Below are positions 23,451-37,400 of a stretch of DNA of 64,000 bases, in pieces. The stretch is from assembly GCA_051294375.1 (NCBI GenBank), contig CM119267.1:3860223-3924222 (forward strand). The letters are read 5' to 3'. How positions within the stretch are numbered: position 1 is the stretch's first letter; each line of letters starts with the position of its first letter. Below the pieces are notes generated by a model that ran no database searches, was not told the DNA's origin, and saw nothing but the letters and a program-made list of their open reading frames with translations. Position numbers and translations under genes: made by a program. The DNA comes from Paraspadella gotoi. Taxonomy: Eukaryota > Animalia > Chaetognatha.

Positions 23451-23975
23451 CAAATCTTGAAATAATTGTGCAATAAAAGCAAAACGTAATTATAAAAGAT
23501 ATTAAAAGAAAAGAAAAAAAAAAGCAGAAAATATTTTTTTATTTTTCTCTCTTTGTGTCGAAAGAAAATTTCTTGTTTTTCTGTCAGACTCAGGATTTCT
23601 AAGAAGTCTTGCCAACGCCTTACCTCTGGGTAAGGCGAGGTAATAATCAAAGGATTTTTAACCTGGAGTTTTCATTGTTTTCTCGGATTAAGTCGTCGCG
23701 TTGGTGAAACCTGTTGGGAGAAAAACAATGGGAAAACAAAACCAAAACAATTCCCAACTAAGTTTTTTAAAATTATTTTTTCATATTATTTTTACGGAAA
23801 ACTGTTCAACAACTGAAATCGTTTGTAACTTTACTACTTCAGATTTACTAGGCATAGGTATCATGTTATCATAATATCATGGTTTGTGAGTACTGAGTTG
23901 TTTTTCTTGTCTCCTTCATTTTTCTCTTGATTCGAAGATTAAATTCTTTTCTTCTTTCCGCCTTTCTTTTCTTTC

Positions 23976-24039
<64 letters not shown>

Positions 24040-24411
24040 CATATACTTGAAGTTCGCGGACCCAATTTCGGTCACTCTATTGTTTTCCGGCTGCCGGCTA
24101 TTGTTCTCCTCCGTCCGCGGCTCAGGTCGCGGACCTGACCCGAACCTGACCCCGACGGGTCATTCTCTTTTCTTCTCTTCTCTTCTCTTTCTCTCTCGCC
24201 GCGGCATCCGGGCTTCAATGATCGGAGTCCGCGATACCGACGGAGCTGAAGATCGCAGATCTAGTCTTTTTTTCTGCTCATTCCTTTAATTAAAAAAATA
24301 ATGAAAGATAAAAAATAAAATAGTAAAAAAAATTACAACAAAAAAAAAAGAAGGAAAGAAGAAAAAAAGACAGAAAGAAAGAAAAAAAAATTACTTCAAA
24401 TTAACAAATTG

Positions 24412-24458
24412 AATTGGCACTGAAGAAGACTCGTATGTGAGTCGAAACATATCCGTTT
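24412..24458 (+). ncRNA. Penelope-type minimal hammerhead ribozyme motif, probably degenerate
   Basis: CTGAAGA-A-GACTC-gtatgt-GAGTC-GAAA-CATATC: both core boxes flank a perfect 5-bp stem II; stems I and III are poor. Confidence 0.5.
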
Positions 24459-25938
24459 CATTATAAAATAAAATCATTGTTGTATCTCTTTTTAAAAACT
24501 TTTTCTAAATCAATTAACAATGAAACAGAAAGGAAAAACACAATAAGAACAAAAGAAGAAAAAAAGATCAGTTGTATTAAACCAAGTTTGAGCAAACAAT
24601 GTCGGATCAATGTAATCAGCTAAATAAATAAATACTAAAGAAAAAATAATTACAAATAAAGTGCAAATAATTTTTTTTAACTATTATTATTTTTTCCACT
24701 TGTAACATTTTTTATACCCATATCATTTTTTCAACTTGTTAAAATAACAATGTTAAAAACTGTGGAAGAATTTTTTTTTAAATTGACATTTAGGTAATTG
24801 AATTAAATTTAATAGGAATTAAATCAATTTAATGTTAAAGTGATTAAAAAAAAAGGTTTTATTTGCAGTATTTAAATTTAAAATTTATAATTAGATGAAT
24901 TGTACAAAATTCATTATTAGTAAAAAAAAGAGAAATCACTGAGGCCCAACAACTTGAACTTGCTGGTTCGTGTTTAATTCGTTAGTAGCTTTAAAATTCA
25001 ACAAAAAGGCAAACGTTTTCACTTATTTTTATCCATGGTAGTTATTAGTTTTTAATAGTGTTTAATTTTGTGCTGTATTTTAACTTTTTCTTGTCATTTG
25101 TTTGTAAATAAATTTTCCTTTTTTATTTCCTTTATTTATTAGAAATCTATCATGAAATTAAATTCACTAAAACTTCAGTCTTGAGTGTACTTCAGGTAAA
25201 AATTTTTTAAAAAAAAGTTCAATTTTAATGCTTTTATTGTTGCTATCAAAATTACAATATTACTATAAAAGGATAAAATTTTTTTTAAATAATCTTAACT
25301 TTTGATAGATTCTGATAGAGCATAAAAAGCTAAATAAAAAATATAACTACAACTTTCAAAATTAAGAAAAAGTGAAATTATCAAAAGATGAGGATGATTA
25401 TAAATATTTTTTCATATTTTTTGAAACATTAATTTCGGACATGTTTTGGCTTCAGTGCAAAAACGAATTGATTTTTTTTTAAATTTATTTTATTTTTAAA
25501 TTTTTTTTTCATTTTTTTATCATTTACTATAATATTTTTTTAAAAATTATAATCGTTGTCACAAAAACAACGAAAAAGAAAAGCAATTATCCAAAAAATA
25601 AGTAAAAACTAAAAAAAAATCTTCCGTCCGTGACCACGATCCCCGGACGTAGTCCTATTGATTCGCGGATTTCTCCCGATCAGAGATTATTTCTCCCGAT
25701 CCGCGACCAAAGATTGGACAAAGATTGGCCAAAGATTGGCCGAAGATTGGCCGGCCGACGTGGTCCGGAATGGTGGACAAAAGGCTCGGTNNNNNNNNNN
25801 NNNNNNNNNNNNNNNGGCCGGACATGTGGGCTCCTCGCCCGCGCGAATCTCGAGTATTCAGCCATGCGCGAAAGAATAGAGGACTCTCTCTCATCTCTCT
25901 CTCGCTCTCTCTCTCTCTCTCTTCTCTCTCTGCTCTCT

Positions 25939-26004
<66 letters not shown>

Positions 26005-26057
26005 TCTCTTCTCTCTTCTCTTCTTCTCTCTCTTCTCTCCTCTTCTTCTTCTTCTCT

Positions 26058-26140
<83 letters not shown>

Positions 26141-27186
26141 CCATCTTGTCTCTTCCAAAAACGATATTAAGCATAATGATTCAAAGACAGTAACGCAATT
26201 GGTCCCGATTTCGGACGGCAATACAAATTAATGGGGTAAAATAACTTACTTGTTACCTTAAGTTTAAAACTGAAAGCTTAGTTAGTTATATCAATTTCAA
26301 GATAAAGTGTATGGCAGTATTAATTATTGTGGTGTATAGATTAATGTTTTGAAATCTTTAGAGTATGGGAAATTTTTCTCGACTTGAAAATTCCATCCAA
26401 AAAAATCTCGGGTTCGCATCAAACTCGCGATACAAGTCGTGTTTTGGAAACAACAAAAACTGTATTGACGTGTGGCGATTTGCAATAACCCCATAGGTGG
26501 CGAGAGCGAGGAAGGAGAGAGAAATAGCGAGCGGAGAGATGAGAGAGCAGAAGTCAGTTAGAGAGAGAGAGGGAGAGATGCAGAGAGAGACGAGAGGAGA
26601 GAGAACTATCCGGATAAATAAGCAAAAGTAGTTGGTCAATAGAATTTATGATGTTTCGTCGTCGTTCGGACCTTCGTCGTCGTCGCTCGTCATCTTTTTC
26701 CGTCTCGATTTTCTATCATCGAGACGCGAATCAAAATTTCTGTTCGCGATGTTTTCTATGGGTTCTGAGTCTGATTTGTTACAATTAAAACCAACCCTAA
26801 TACAGACAATTAAACGAAAATGCAATTTAAGTTATTATAGTAAATTACAAAGTGCCGTAAATCTCCTGCTGTCTTTTTTTGTTGCTCACGGCTTACAAGA
26901 TGACGACTTGATTGATTGAATTTGATTGATTGGAGTTTGTTGAAATAATTAATTGAATGATATTGATTGAATAACTTGAATGATTGATTTTTTTCAATTA
27001 TTCATACCTTAATAATTATTTTGTTTATTCATTAATTTAGTAATTCATGGAGTGTTATTCCTTAATAAATCCATTAATTCATTTATTGTTGGTTACAACC
27101 AAACGCAAAAGCCGCGCTGTGCATTTGGGAGATGGAGACCGCACGTTCCTTCAAATCAATTGATCATTCGAATCTCTCTTCTCTCT

Positions 27187-27228
<42 letters not shown>

Positions 27229-28173
27229 TCTCTCTCCTCTCTTCCTGCTCTCTCTCTTTCTTCTCTCTTCTCTTTCGCCCTCTCTCCTCTCTTCTCTCTC
27301 GCCTCTCTCATGCGCTTTTGATTTGTTTTGCCGTTCATATTAACAAGCTTCTTGTTTTCTTGCTTGTGATTCGCTTTTCGTTTCGCGTGTTTATTTTCTG
27401 TCGTCGTCGTTCAGTACGTCGTGTTTCGTTCCGCCGGCCCAAATTCCGGAAACTCGAGAAAGCGGAAAATAAAAAGAAAAAAAGAAACAGGAGAAAATAG
27501 AAAAAAAAAAAAAAAACCAACAGAAAAAAACCGATTTGGAATCAGAGGAGTTCGCATCCGTCACTCGGATTTTCTCTTCTCGATATTAAATTCCAAAAAT
27601 ATTGTTTCTTTATCGCCCCTTAAGTCATTTTCTGGAATCTATTCTTCTTTCTCTTTCCCAGTCTTTCTCCCAGTCTCTCTCTCTCTCTCCCACTCCCTCC
27701 CTCCCACTCTCCCCGGAATTTTATCGAAAATATTTTCAATTATTCCATAAATATAATCATAAAAATAATTCCTAAAAGAGAGCTTCTCCAATAATATAGT
27801 TTTCACATACGAGGCTACAAAGGTTCAGACATCTTGGGGGGGNNNNNNNNNNNNNNNNNNNNNNNNNNNNNNNNNNNNNNNNNNNNNNNNNNNNNNNNNN
27901 NNNNNNNNNNNNNNNNNNNNNNNNNNNNNNNNNNNNNNNNNNNNNNNNNNNNNNNNNNNNNNNNNNNNNNNNNNNNNNNNNNNNNNNNNNNNNNNNNNNN
28001 NNNNNNNNNNNNNNNNNNNNNNNNNNNNNNNNNNNNNNNNNNNNNNNNNNNNNNNNNNNNNNNNNNNNNNNNNNNNNNNNNNNNNNNNNNNNNNNNNNNN
28101 NNNNNNNNNNNNNNNNNNNNNNNNNNNNNNNNNNNNNNNNNNNNNNNNNNNNNNNNNNNNNNNNNNNNNNNNN

Positions 28174-31100
28174 AGAGAGAATTTCCGAAGGAAAACGAAT
28201 TGCAATTCGGTGCCAGAAGGGGAAAGCAAAGGCCACTCACCTCCTTGGCCTCCCCCTCTCCATGGAAAGGCCAATAACCCCCTCAAAACTTCACCTGAGA
28301 AAGAAGCGAATGTAAATGCCACTCACCGCCTTGGCCTCCCCTACTTGGAAAGGCCAATAACCCCCTCGAATACCACCTATGAAAGAAAGAGAAAGTAGAG
28401 TACACTCACCGTCTCGCTCTAACCCTCAAGGAAAGGTCACTCCCTCGTATCTCACTTATGAAAAAAGGGAAAGCAAAGGCCACTCTCCACCTTGGCCTCC
28501 CCCCTTCCACGGAAAGGCCAATAATCTCTCCAACCTCATCTAAGAAAAACACTAACTCCTTCACAAACAAAACATAGTTATTGCTAATTTTGCCATCAAA
28601 GGAATTCCCTTAAATCTACGCTAATAACCAACAGTAAACTTAAATAAAAACCTACCACCCCCCCAAAAAAAAAGAGGGGCAAAAATATTCAACTGCCCCT
28701 CTCCCCCCCCCTCTTTGCCACCTCAATGTTCTCACCCCCCTCCCTTCTTTTTCTTCTGCTCAAGATCATAAACGTTGTTGACGCCTCTCGTCGGCAGAGG
28801 GAGCGACCAGCGTAAGAGAAAGATAAACAAACAAACTTTTTTTCCCCTCATTCGCCGTAGACTTGAATGAAATAACGGGGCAGTCCGTTGAGAGTCGAGC
28901 AAAGAGCAAGCTCGTGACGATCAAGCACAAAGGCCTCTAGTAATTCTTTTGAAAAGGAAGCAAATGGCAGGAAAGAATAATTCGTGAAGGAGACGAGCAA
29001 TCACATCACTAGGCCGTTGATGGTATGCAAAAAGAAAAAAAAAATTAAACGGCAACTCTTCCTAAAATTTTTACCGTCCAGCCCATAGTTACCCAAAATA
29101 AAACCGGACACTCATCGAGAAATCAAGGGTAAGCACTGCTTACTAAGCAGCCTCTAAGACCAAGCAACGATTACTTCGCTGTGTCCGCGACCAAGCAGCG
29201 TTTTTCTTTGAGTCTCTTCTTCCCCCCCCCCCGGGTCTGATGTGTTTTGTCCGACGGGAAAAACAAAAGGCCCACGGAGGAGAATCGCCTTCGGGAGAAA
29301 AAACCGCGAGAGGGCGAAACTCGTCGCCCAGAATCTGAAAGTTTCTTTTAAGAAGATTGGGTAGCGAGCGAAGGGACCGTTTGTCTATTTGGAATGAAAA
29401 CCCTAACGCTTTTTTTTTTGTTCGTTATAAACTGTATAAATTATAATCCCGATTTGAGAAGAAAATATTAATTTTTAGTGATAAAATTTAATTATGAGCC
29501 AAAACTGTTTTTCTTTTCCTGAAGAATAACCTAGATTCTGTTTTAACTCACTTATTCTCGATCTTCATTGGTCAATGGTCACTCAAAAAATTCCAAATAT
29601 TCCTCTAACGCTTTTTTACGATATTTGAACCTTACCCCCCCAGTTAAAAATCCCACCATTACCTAAAGATCCCCCACACAGCATCGAAACCTCACCTCTC
29701 CTCCATTAACTAGGTATCAATCTTTATAAGGAGCTATGTTCACTTTTCACAAAATAAAAAAAAAAAAAACTAAATAAAGATAAAAAACAATATGTTCAGA
29801 TGGATTCTCGCTTGTTATTTTTTTCCTTTCTTATCTCGGAGAGGAGAGAGAGAGAGAAGAGCCGAGAGAGCGAGAGCACTGAGAGATGGAGAGAGAGAGG
29901 AAGAGAGCATAAAAAAAAGAGTTATTTGCAGCCATTTTTAGGGAACTATCAAGATAACTCCGTGTCTTAGCTCCGTCTGTTAAAGCGAGGATTTTATTAT
30001 TTTCTTGCTGGCAGCGGTGATTGTAACGTGGAAGAGAGAGAGAAGAGACGAGAGAGAGGAGAGAAGGACAAAGCGATGAGAAGAGAGCAGAGAGACGCGA
30101 GAGAGATGACGAAAGAGAGGAAGAATCGAGAGAGAGCACCGAGAGAGAACCAGTGTATACGATTGAATTCGCGGTTCTAAAGAGTTTTCTCTTTCGTCTA
30201 GTAATATAAAAGAGTTGAGGAGATGTAAAAACCAGGTCCTTGGCTCTTGCGCCTTAGCTTTCCTCGGCGTTTTTTTCACCCCGTACTCGATGCCCACTCG
30301 GAAAAGAGAAAGGAGGGAGTATGGGGAGATGGTCTAGGCGGGCGGAGAAGGGGTTAATGGAACAGTGGGGGTAGTGGACGGGGGATGGAAGGACGACAGG
30401 TGAGGTTTCGATGCTGGTGTGGGGAATCTTTAAAGGTAATGGTGGGGAGTTTTTACTGTGGGGGCGGGAGGTACAGGGCAATTCAAGTATGTAAAAAAAA
30501 GCTTCATAGGAAAGTATTTTGTAAGGTGTCAAAGTAAGCGTAAAAAAGCTTTAGAGAAATATTTTGAACTTTTTTCAGAAGGTCGACCAGTTATGAGACC
30601 AATCAGAAGATCGAGACAGAGGTGAGTTAAAGACAGATCTATGGTATATTCTTCAGGAGAAAGAAAAACAGTTTTGCTCATAATTACAATTTTATTAGAG
30701 TAAAAAGTTAAGATTTTCTTCTCAAAAATCGGGATTATAACTTATAACGTTCTTATTAACGAACCACCAAAATAAAAAAAAAGCGTTAAATTTTCATTTC
30801 CAAAATAGACAACGGGTCGCCTTGCGCTCGCTACCCAAATCTTCTTAAGGGGAGGCCAAGTGAACAGGGGAGGTAAAGAAGTTGAAAACATAGATACGTT
30901 TGATCCCTCTTAACTTTAAGCTAGGTTCTGATCATATAAGTTTTGTTCTTCTATAATCATTTTGGGAAAGTAGTTAAAATAATTCGATACAAATCAGTGA
31001 GCTTATTTTCTTTAAGAAAACTCGGTATAGAAGAAAATCTTTTTTCAAAGTTTAAAAAAAAAAAAATTTTTTTTTCTGCCAAATAGAAGTACAGATTCTA

Positions 31101-33278
31101 ATTTTAAAAAGATTTTCAGCTTTATTACAAAAATTTATAGATAAAAAAACTAGGAATAAATCAAATTTAACCTGGGTATCGACTGATTTTTTTAAACCTT
31201 TCTTTTTTAAATGGATTCTGTTAACGTTGGCATTGAAATTAAAAACGTCTTCTGACATGAAGTTAATTAACTAATATAAAAAGAAGAGGCAAAGAGTTCA
31301 TGATACTTTGGCTAAACATTGTTTAATTGTTATAATTAAGGAAATTCAATTATAGTGTTGTGAATGTATACATTTAAGATGAGATGAAGTGAATAATTAC
31401 ATTAGTATTTGATTACACGTGTTTGTTTCTGTAAGGGAAATAGAATTTAGTTGATTTGTCTGACTTTTTAAGTAAATGAGTAGAAAAGTTTAAGACAATT
31501 ATTTAGTTTGTAAGACCTCTTTGTTCAATGAGGCTGTAGAACTCTAAAATCATATAGTTTGTACAGTAAAAAAAGTAAAAGCTCTAGGGAATTATAGTAA
31601 AAAATACTTTCTAATGGACAAAAAATCAAATACATGATGATACTATAGAAGGTATTTAGGTAGGCAAATAAATTTTTTTATTCATAATTATATTAAAATT
31701 TTGTAATATTCCGCTACAAATAAGAGGTCAGGAATTTCTTTTTTGAAGCGCAGCTTTCCCGATTGCAGAGAAAAAATTAGCAACCTGAACTAATCACCAT
31801 TGCAAATTCTTGATGGATAGACCCTTAAGCTATTGTCAGTATGATATCATTTTTATCACAATGGGTGCGGCCCTTAAAGATAACTTTCAGAGTATACTGG
31901 GCGAGCGGAGTTTCGGCCTCTCAGGCAGGGTTTTTTTTCCGCGAAGGGAACGGATTCTCGTACGCGTGGGCCTTTTGTTTTTCCCCGTCGGACAAAAGAC
32001 ATGGCAGACGACGGGGCGGAGGGGAAAGGAAGTAGACTCGAAGAAGAACGCCCTGGCGTGGTGGGGAGGCTCGGAGGCACAGCAGTGAAAGTAATCGTTG
32101 GCTGGGTCTTCGGAGGTGGCGCTTCAAGTAGAAGGTGCTTACCCGTGATTGGGCTCGTATGAGGGTTGTCCCGAGTTTATATTGGTCCTGGATGGGGCTG
32201 GGACGTCTAAAAATTTTGGGTAAGAGTGACGCGTTTTTAATTTTTTTTTTTCATTTTTGATACCATCAACGAAATGAGGATGTGTTCTTGTCTACCTTCA
32301 CGAATTGTTCTTTCCATGCCGATTTAGCTTCCTTTTGCTAAAGAGGAGGATTACTAGAAGCCGTTTGTGGGTTGATGTCACGCTTGGTCTTGTGCTGAAT
32401 CTCGGACGGGCGACTGGCCGCCCTTGATTTGCATTGGTCAAAGTCTGGCGCGAGGAATGAGGGGGAAGAAAAAGTTTGGTTTGGTTTATGCTTTCTCTTG
32501 ACGGCTGGTCGCTCGCCCTTGCCGACGGAGAGGCGTCAACAACGGTTTATGATCTTGGAGCAGAAGAAAGAAGAAAGGGTAGAGGGGGGTGGGAGAATTG
32601 AGGAGTGGCAATGGAGGGGGGGGAGAGGGGCAGTTGAATATTGTTTCGCCCCTCTTTATGTGGGGGGGGCCGTGGTTTAGGTTGTTTATTTAGAGTTTAC
32701 TGTTTGGTTTATTAAGCGTAGATTTAAGGGATTCCTGTTTGAGTGGGCATAGTTGAGCGGTGAACTATGTTTTGTTTTGTGGAAGGACGTTTAGGTGTCT
32801 TTTTTAGGATGGAGGGTTGGACGGAATTATTGGCCTTGCGGGTGGGAGGGGGAGGAGGGCCGCCAACGGGAGAGGAGAGGAGGAGAGGAGGCGAGAAAGA
32901 CGCGGTGGGCGAAGGCGGAGAAAAGGGAAAGGTGAGGATGCGCGTTGCTGCTTTGCCTGGGTTTATTGCTTAAAGTGGCGATACGGAGGGGTGGGCGGTT
33001 TCTGAGGGTGAGTTGAGAGCGGGACGGGGTTGAGCTGTACTCTACTTTCTTCTTTTAGTAAGGTGGTTTATATCGGAGGTGTACGTTCTTTCCAAGTGGG
33101 GGAGAAGGGCAGAGGCGGTGCGAGAGAGGTGGCATTTAAGTTCGTCGGTTTTTCAGGTTGAGTTTTAGGGGGTTATTGGCGGCGTGTCTCGGGAGAGGGG
33201 GCAAGGGAGTGATGGGCGGCTATTTGCTATTCCGCGTGTCTGGGGCACCGAATTGCATTGTTTTCTTCGGAAATTTCT
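28174..33278. repeat. Large diverged inverted duplication (28174-29707 vs 30385-33278)
   Basis: Colinear reverse-complement matches, e.g. AAGATCATAAACGTTGTTGACGCCTCTC (~28762) vs GAGAGGCGTCAACAACGGTTTATGATCTT (~32528), and GGGTAGCGAGCG (~29359) vs CGCTCGCTACCC (~30825). Confidence 0.85.
30849..31873. mobile_element. 1025-bp non-autonomous DNA transposon with TTAA target duplication (Kolobok-like termini)
   Basis: Filled site CTTC-TTAA-[GGGG...GCCC]-TTAA-AGATAACTTTCAG vs empty site CTTC-TTAA-AGAAACTTTCAG in the other arm (reverse of ~29335-29355). Confidence 0.75.
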
Positions 33279-34099
33279 GCAGTGCTGCTCTTCTCTTGTC
33301 TCTCGTGTGTGGGGTGTGTGTTCTCGTGCTCTCTCTTCTCTCTCTCTCTCTCTCTCGCTCTCGCCGTCTTCGCGGTCCGTTGATGCTGAGTTGAGGGCAA
33401 AAGTTGCAGTTGTGTGTCGCACGTTCGGGATAAAAATCCGGGGGCGAGTTGCGTGTGAAAAGTGCGAGGGGGGAGGAGAGCAGAGCGGTGGGTTGGATCA
33501 GGGTGTGGGGAGAGGAGTGGGAGGACCTGCTTCAGTATCGGATGTCCTTGGTGTGCGAATTTGATCGTTCTCTAGTTNNNNNNNNNNNNNNNNNNNNNNN
33601 NNACCGAGTTTACCGCCTTTACTCTCTGTGGGTAATGCAACTCATTTGTTGTTGTTATTTTATTTCGGTTGAGAATTTTCTACTTTATTTTACAGATTTA
33701 TAGTTTATTATTGTTACTTTTTATTTACGTAAATAAATAAAAATTTTATTAAATAATCGTCTTTCAACGCATTTCCTTGCAGCATCAATTTGAAAAAAAT
33801 TGCGGCATTATTTTAATCGTTGCAGCATTCAACATCTGCAGCAACAGCAAACCGTCCGAACTCGCTGATCGTTACGATAACGTCGCGCGAAAAAAAAAAC
33901 TCTTGATTGGGTTTGACTTTTGGGTCAAACTTTTTTGGTCAACAATTTTTTTAACAGGCGAATGTTTTTCTGAATAAATAAAAAATATTATTGAATGACG
34001 TATTCGTTTTCCCGAAAAAAAAAAATCCAAATATATTGTAAATCTCTATTTTTTTGGCATAAAAGTGATTATACAATTAAAACAGTTCATAAAAGCTTT

Positions 34100-34270
34100 A
34101 TACCACTTTATTGATAGGAAAGCCAGGTACTCTGGGAGTTAACAAACGAGTCTTGATTGAAAGCTTGCAAGGTCCTGCTATTTTATTATCTTGTAGGAGG
34201 AAAGAACGCCTTAAATCACTATAGTCTTTACTCCTGTACAAAGTCAGGAGCAAGATTGCTTATTTATCGA
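34100..34270 (+). repeat. Interspersed repeat family X
   Basis: Similar to 18935-19140. Confidence 0.75.
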
Positions 34271-36884
34271 ATGAAGAAATGAAAAACATCATCAAATGAT
34301 GAGAAACAAGTTATGCGCGTTTTTTAATCCTAAATCTTTCTCTTGTCCAAACTAATCTCATTGAAATTCTTCGTAATTCACTCTTTAAATCTTACTTCGT
34401 GTGGAATCCAATATTAACCCCAAGGGGCAAAGGCTCGTCGTCGTCGTCGTCGTCGTCGTCGATCCTTAGCCCTAAATTCCGTCGATCGTCAAAGACAAAA
34501 AAGCTCGATTCACGACATCATCGCTTGTGATTCGAATTTCAAAGTTGATGTCGAACTCATTCACGTGAAATGATCATTGACTCGCGCNNNNNNNNNNNNN
34601 NNNNNNNNNNNNAAAGAGGAGAAGAGAGAGAGAGGAGAGAGAGAGAGAGAGAAAAGAGAGAGAGAGAGAGAGAGACGAGAGAGAGACGAGAGAGAGACGA
34701 GAGAGATGACGAGCGTCTCGTTCGATGATAACACGGGCAATATTGGTTGGATGTTATCGCCTTGATTGACGTCCTCATAAGGGGCTGACGGACCCGTCGG
34801 TTTTTGTTTTTTTCTCTTTGCCTTAAAAAGTGTTCGCATCTCGTTCGTTCAATGCATCGTAATCGGCGCAATTCAGAAAGTAAATAAGAGTGCCAGTTTG
34901 AAGGCAAAAGAGCTTCCATCAGGTAAAGGGGAAGAAAGTCGTTCCTCTCCTCTCTCTTCTTGTCTCTCTCTCTGGGTCTGCATAAAAAATATAAAAAAAC
35001 CAAAAAGTTTTGCCGTTTGTGAAAAAAACGCGAGTTAATGCAGTGTGAGACCTATGACGAGAGGAGTGAAAGGGGGCGAGAGGAAGAGAGAGATATGAGA
35101 GAGGAAAGGTGGGCGAGAGGAGCGAGAAGATGAGCAGGAGGCAAAGGGGAGAGATGAAGAGGGACGGGCAAGGGGACGAGGGGGAGAGAGATGAAGGGAG
35201 GAAAAGCAGAGAGAGGGGAAGATGAGAGGGAGGAAAAGTTGGAGAGTGGGAGAGAGCGGTGTAAGAGATGAGGGAGGCATAAGGGGAGAGTGGAGAGATG
35301 GTCGTTAAGATGATGAGAGGGAGGAAAGGGGGGCGAGATGGCAGAGGAAGGGTCTTTTGTCAAGAGCATGAGAGGAGGAAAGGGGAGAGTGGAGACGAGG
35401 GTGTAAGAGATGAGAAGGGAGGAAAGGCGGAGAGAGTGGAGAGAGCGGTGTAAGAGGGAGGAAAGGGGGGGGCGATAGGAAAAAAAGTTTCGGAGAGAAT
35501 GCGGTAGAGAGTAAGAGGTTTACAATTGAGAGCGTTTAGAATTAAAAGTTTAAATTGACTAACGATAACAAAGATAAACAATATAAAATTTAATCAAAGT
35601 CAATTCATTCTTAAATTCTTTATTAAATTGGATCATTCTACAATAGAAAAAAGAGACAAACACTGCGAGAAAACGCGGACAGATTAAGACAGTGAAACGA
35701 ACAGGATAAAAATAGACAGATAGAGAGACAGACAGACAGAAAGACAGACATTCAAATAAGAAAATCGCTTAAAGACTTCGCGACTTTTCTCATTTCCTTC
35801 CGCCATTTTTTTTTAATCGCGACGATTTTTTTTTTATTATTTAAATCGAAAGGATTAATGAAAGTTTCAACATTGGAGCCGTTGCTTGCATAATTTGATA
35901 AAGAATTAACGAATTAAATACGAGCGACTAAGTTCTTTTTTTTTTTAAGCTAAAGTCGTTGCAAGTTTGGCCCAGAATTTTTTTAACCCAACAGTTAGAG
36001 AGTGAAAAAGAGTTTTACAAGCAGAAAGAGAAAGAGTAAGACTAAAAAAGAGAAAATACTGAAAATTCCACCAAAAAAAGGGGAAAAAAATCTTGATTCC
36101 ATTTATCAAATGGAATTTCAAAAGGTCAAAAGTCGAATCGACTAGAGAGAGAAAAAAAAAAGAAAGAGTAAAACAAATTAACAAGAACGGAAATTCAAAT
36201 GTGTTGCGCCGCACTGGATTTTTTAAAAAAAACATAAGGCGGCGCTAGTAGTCGCATAGATATGAGCATCTTTAACGTAAGAGGGACAGACCGACGGACA
36301 GACAGACCGACAGACCGACCGAAGTGACTTATTGAGTTGCTCCGCGAGTACTCGAAACAGAAAACAAAAAATTAGGGATTTTTAAGTCTTTCCAAACATC
36401 TTTGGGGTAGTGTGGGGGAGGGGAGGGGCGGTGAGGAGCGATTGTAGGCCAGGGAGTGGTAGCGGTGCCGGCACGGCTGTGTTTGGATATCCGTTGCAGG
36501 GGTCTAGGACGGGGGTGGGGTGGGCGCGTTTGGGGCGTTGGGGGCTGACTCCCGCAACTTCTGTAGTTTCGAGTCTGACGAACGCTGACGAATGGATGAC
36601 TCGATCGATCAATTAAGCGGAAGAGATCCAATGGTTAATGAGCGGAGAGATCCATCAATGAATTGGGCATTAAATGAATTAATGAATCTATGAAGTGAAT
36701 GAATGAATGAATCGATGTATGAATGAATGAATGAATGAATCTATGAAGTGAATGAGTGAATGAAAGAATGAATTGATTAATTAATTAATTAATAAATTCA
36801 TTTATAAATCTACTGAACATTTAATTGCCCAAGAATTAAATTAACATTTTTTTTTATCATTAATACGTCGCCACCCCAATCCAG

Positions 36885-37199
36885 ATATTTTGCGGGTTCC
36901 CCTCCTCTTCCTCCCATTCCACGCTCAACGGTCCGCTCGGGAGTCGCGACGTCACTTCCTGCACTCTCGCCACAGACGCCGGCGACGCCGTCTTCTCTCC
37001 CGGCGTCGTCCCGGGCGTCGCTCTGCCCGGCGCCCCGTTTCCCGTGTCGGGAATGCCGGCCGGCGTCTCCAGCATCCCGTCCGGCATCTCCGGCCTCGTC
37101 GCCGACGACGTCTACGCCGGACGCCGGATCCGACGCGATCTCAGCGCCGACGCCATCGTCATGGCCACGCCCACCGCGACTCTCATCGATTATTCGCAG
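36885..37199 (+). CDS. Internal coding exon (105 aa, phase 0/0) of unidentified plus-strand gene; probable cytoplasmic tail
   Basis: CCAG acceptor and CAG|GTGAG donor; strong C3 codon bias; IFCGFPSSSSHSTLNGPLGSRD...RRDLSADAIVMATPTATLIDYSQ. Confidence 0.75.
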
Positions 37200-37400
37200 G
37201 TGAGAGAGAAAAGAGGGCTCTGCATTTTTGAGACACTTTTGAAATATATTATATTACTAACATTTTATAAGGAATTCTGTGAGGGTTAGTTTTGAACAAA
37301 AAAATAAAATTACCTTGTTTGAAAATTGTTGAGTTGTATCAGACAAAAAAATCTTCGAAAACCACAAAAAGTATAATAATATGGTCATGACGATCTGCAG

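Noticed and set aside
25630-26231. ER/SL-rich ORFs (also 22355-22970, 42543-43400, 55466-55977)
   Set aside because: Translations of (AG)n/(CT)n microsatellites.
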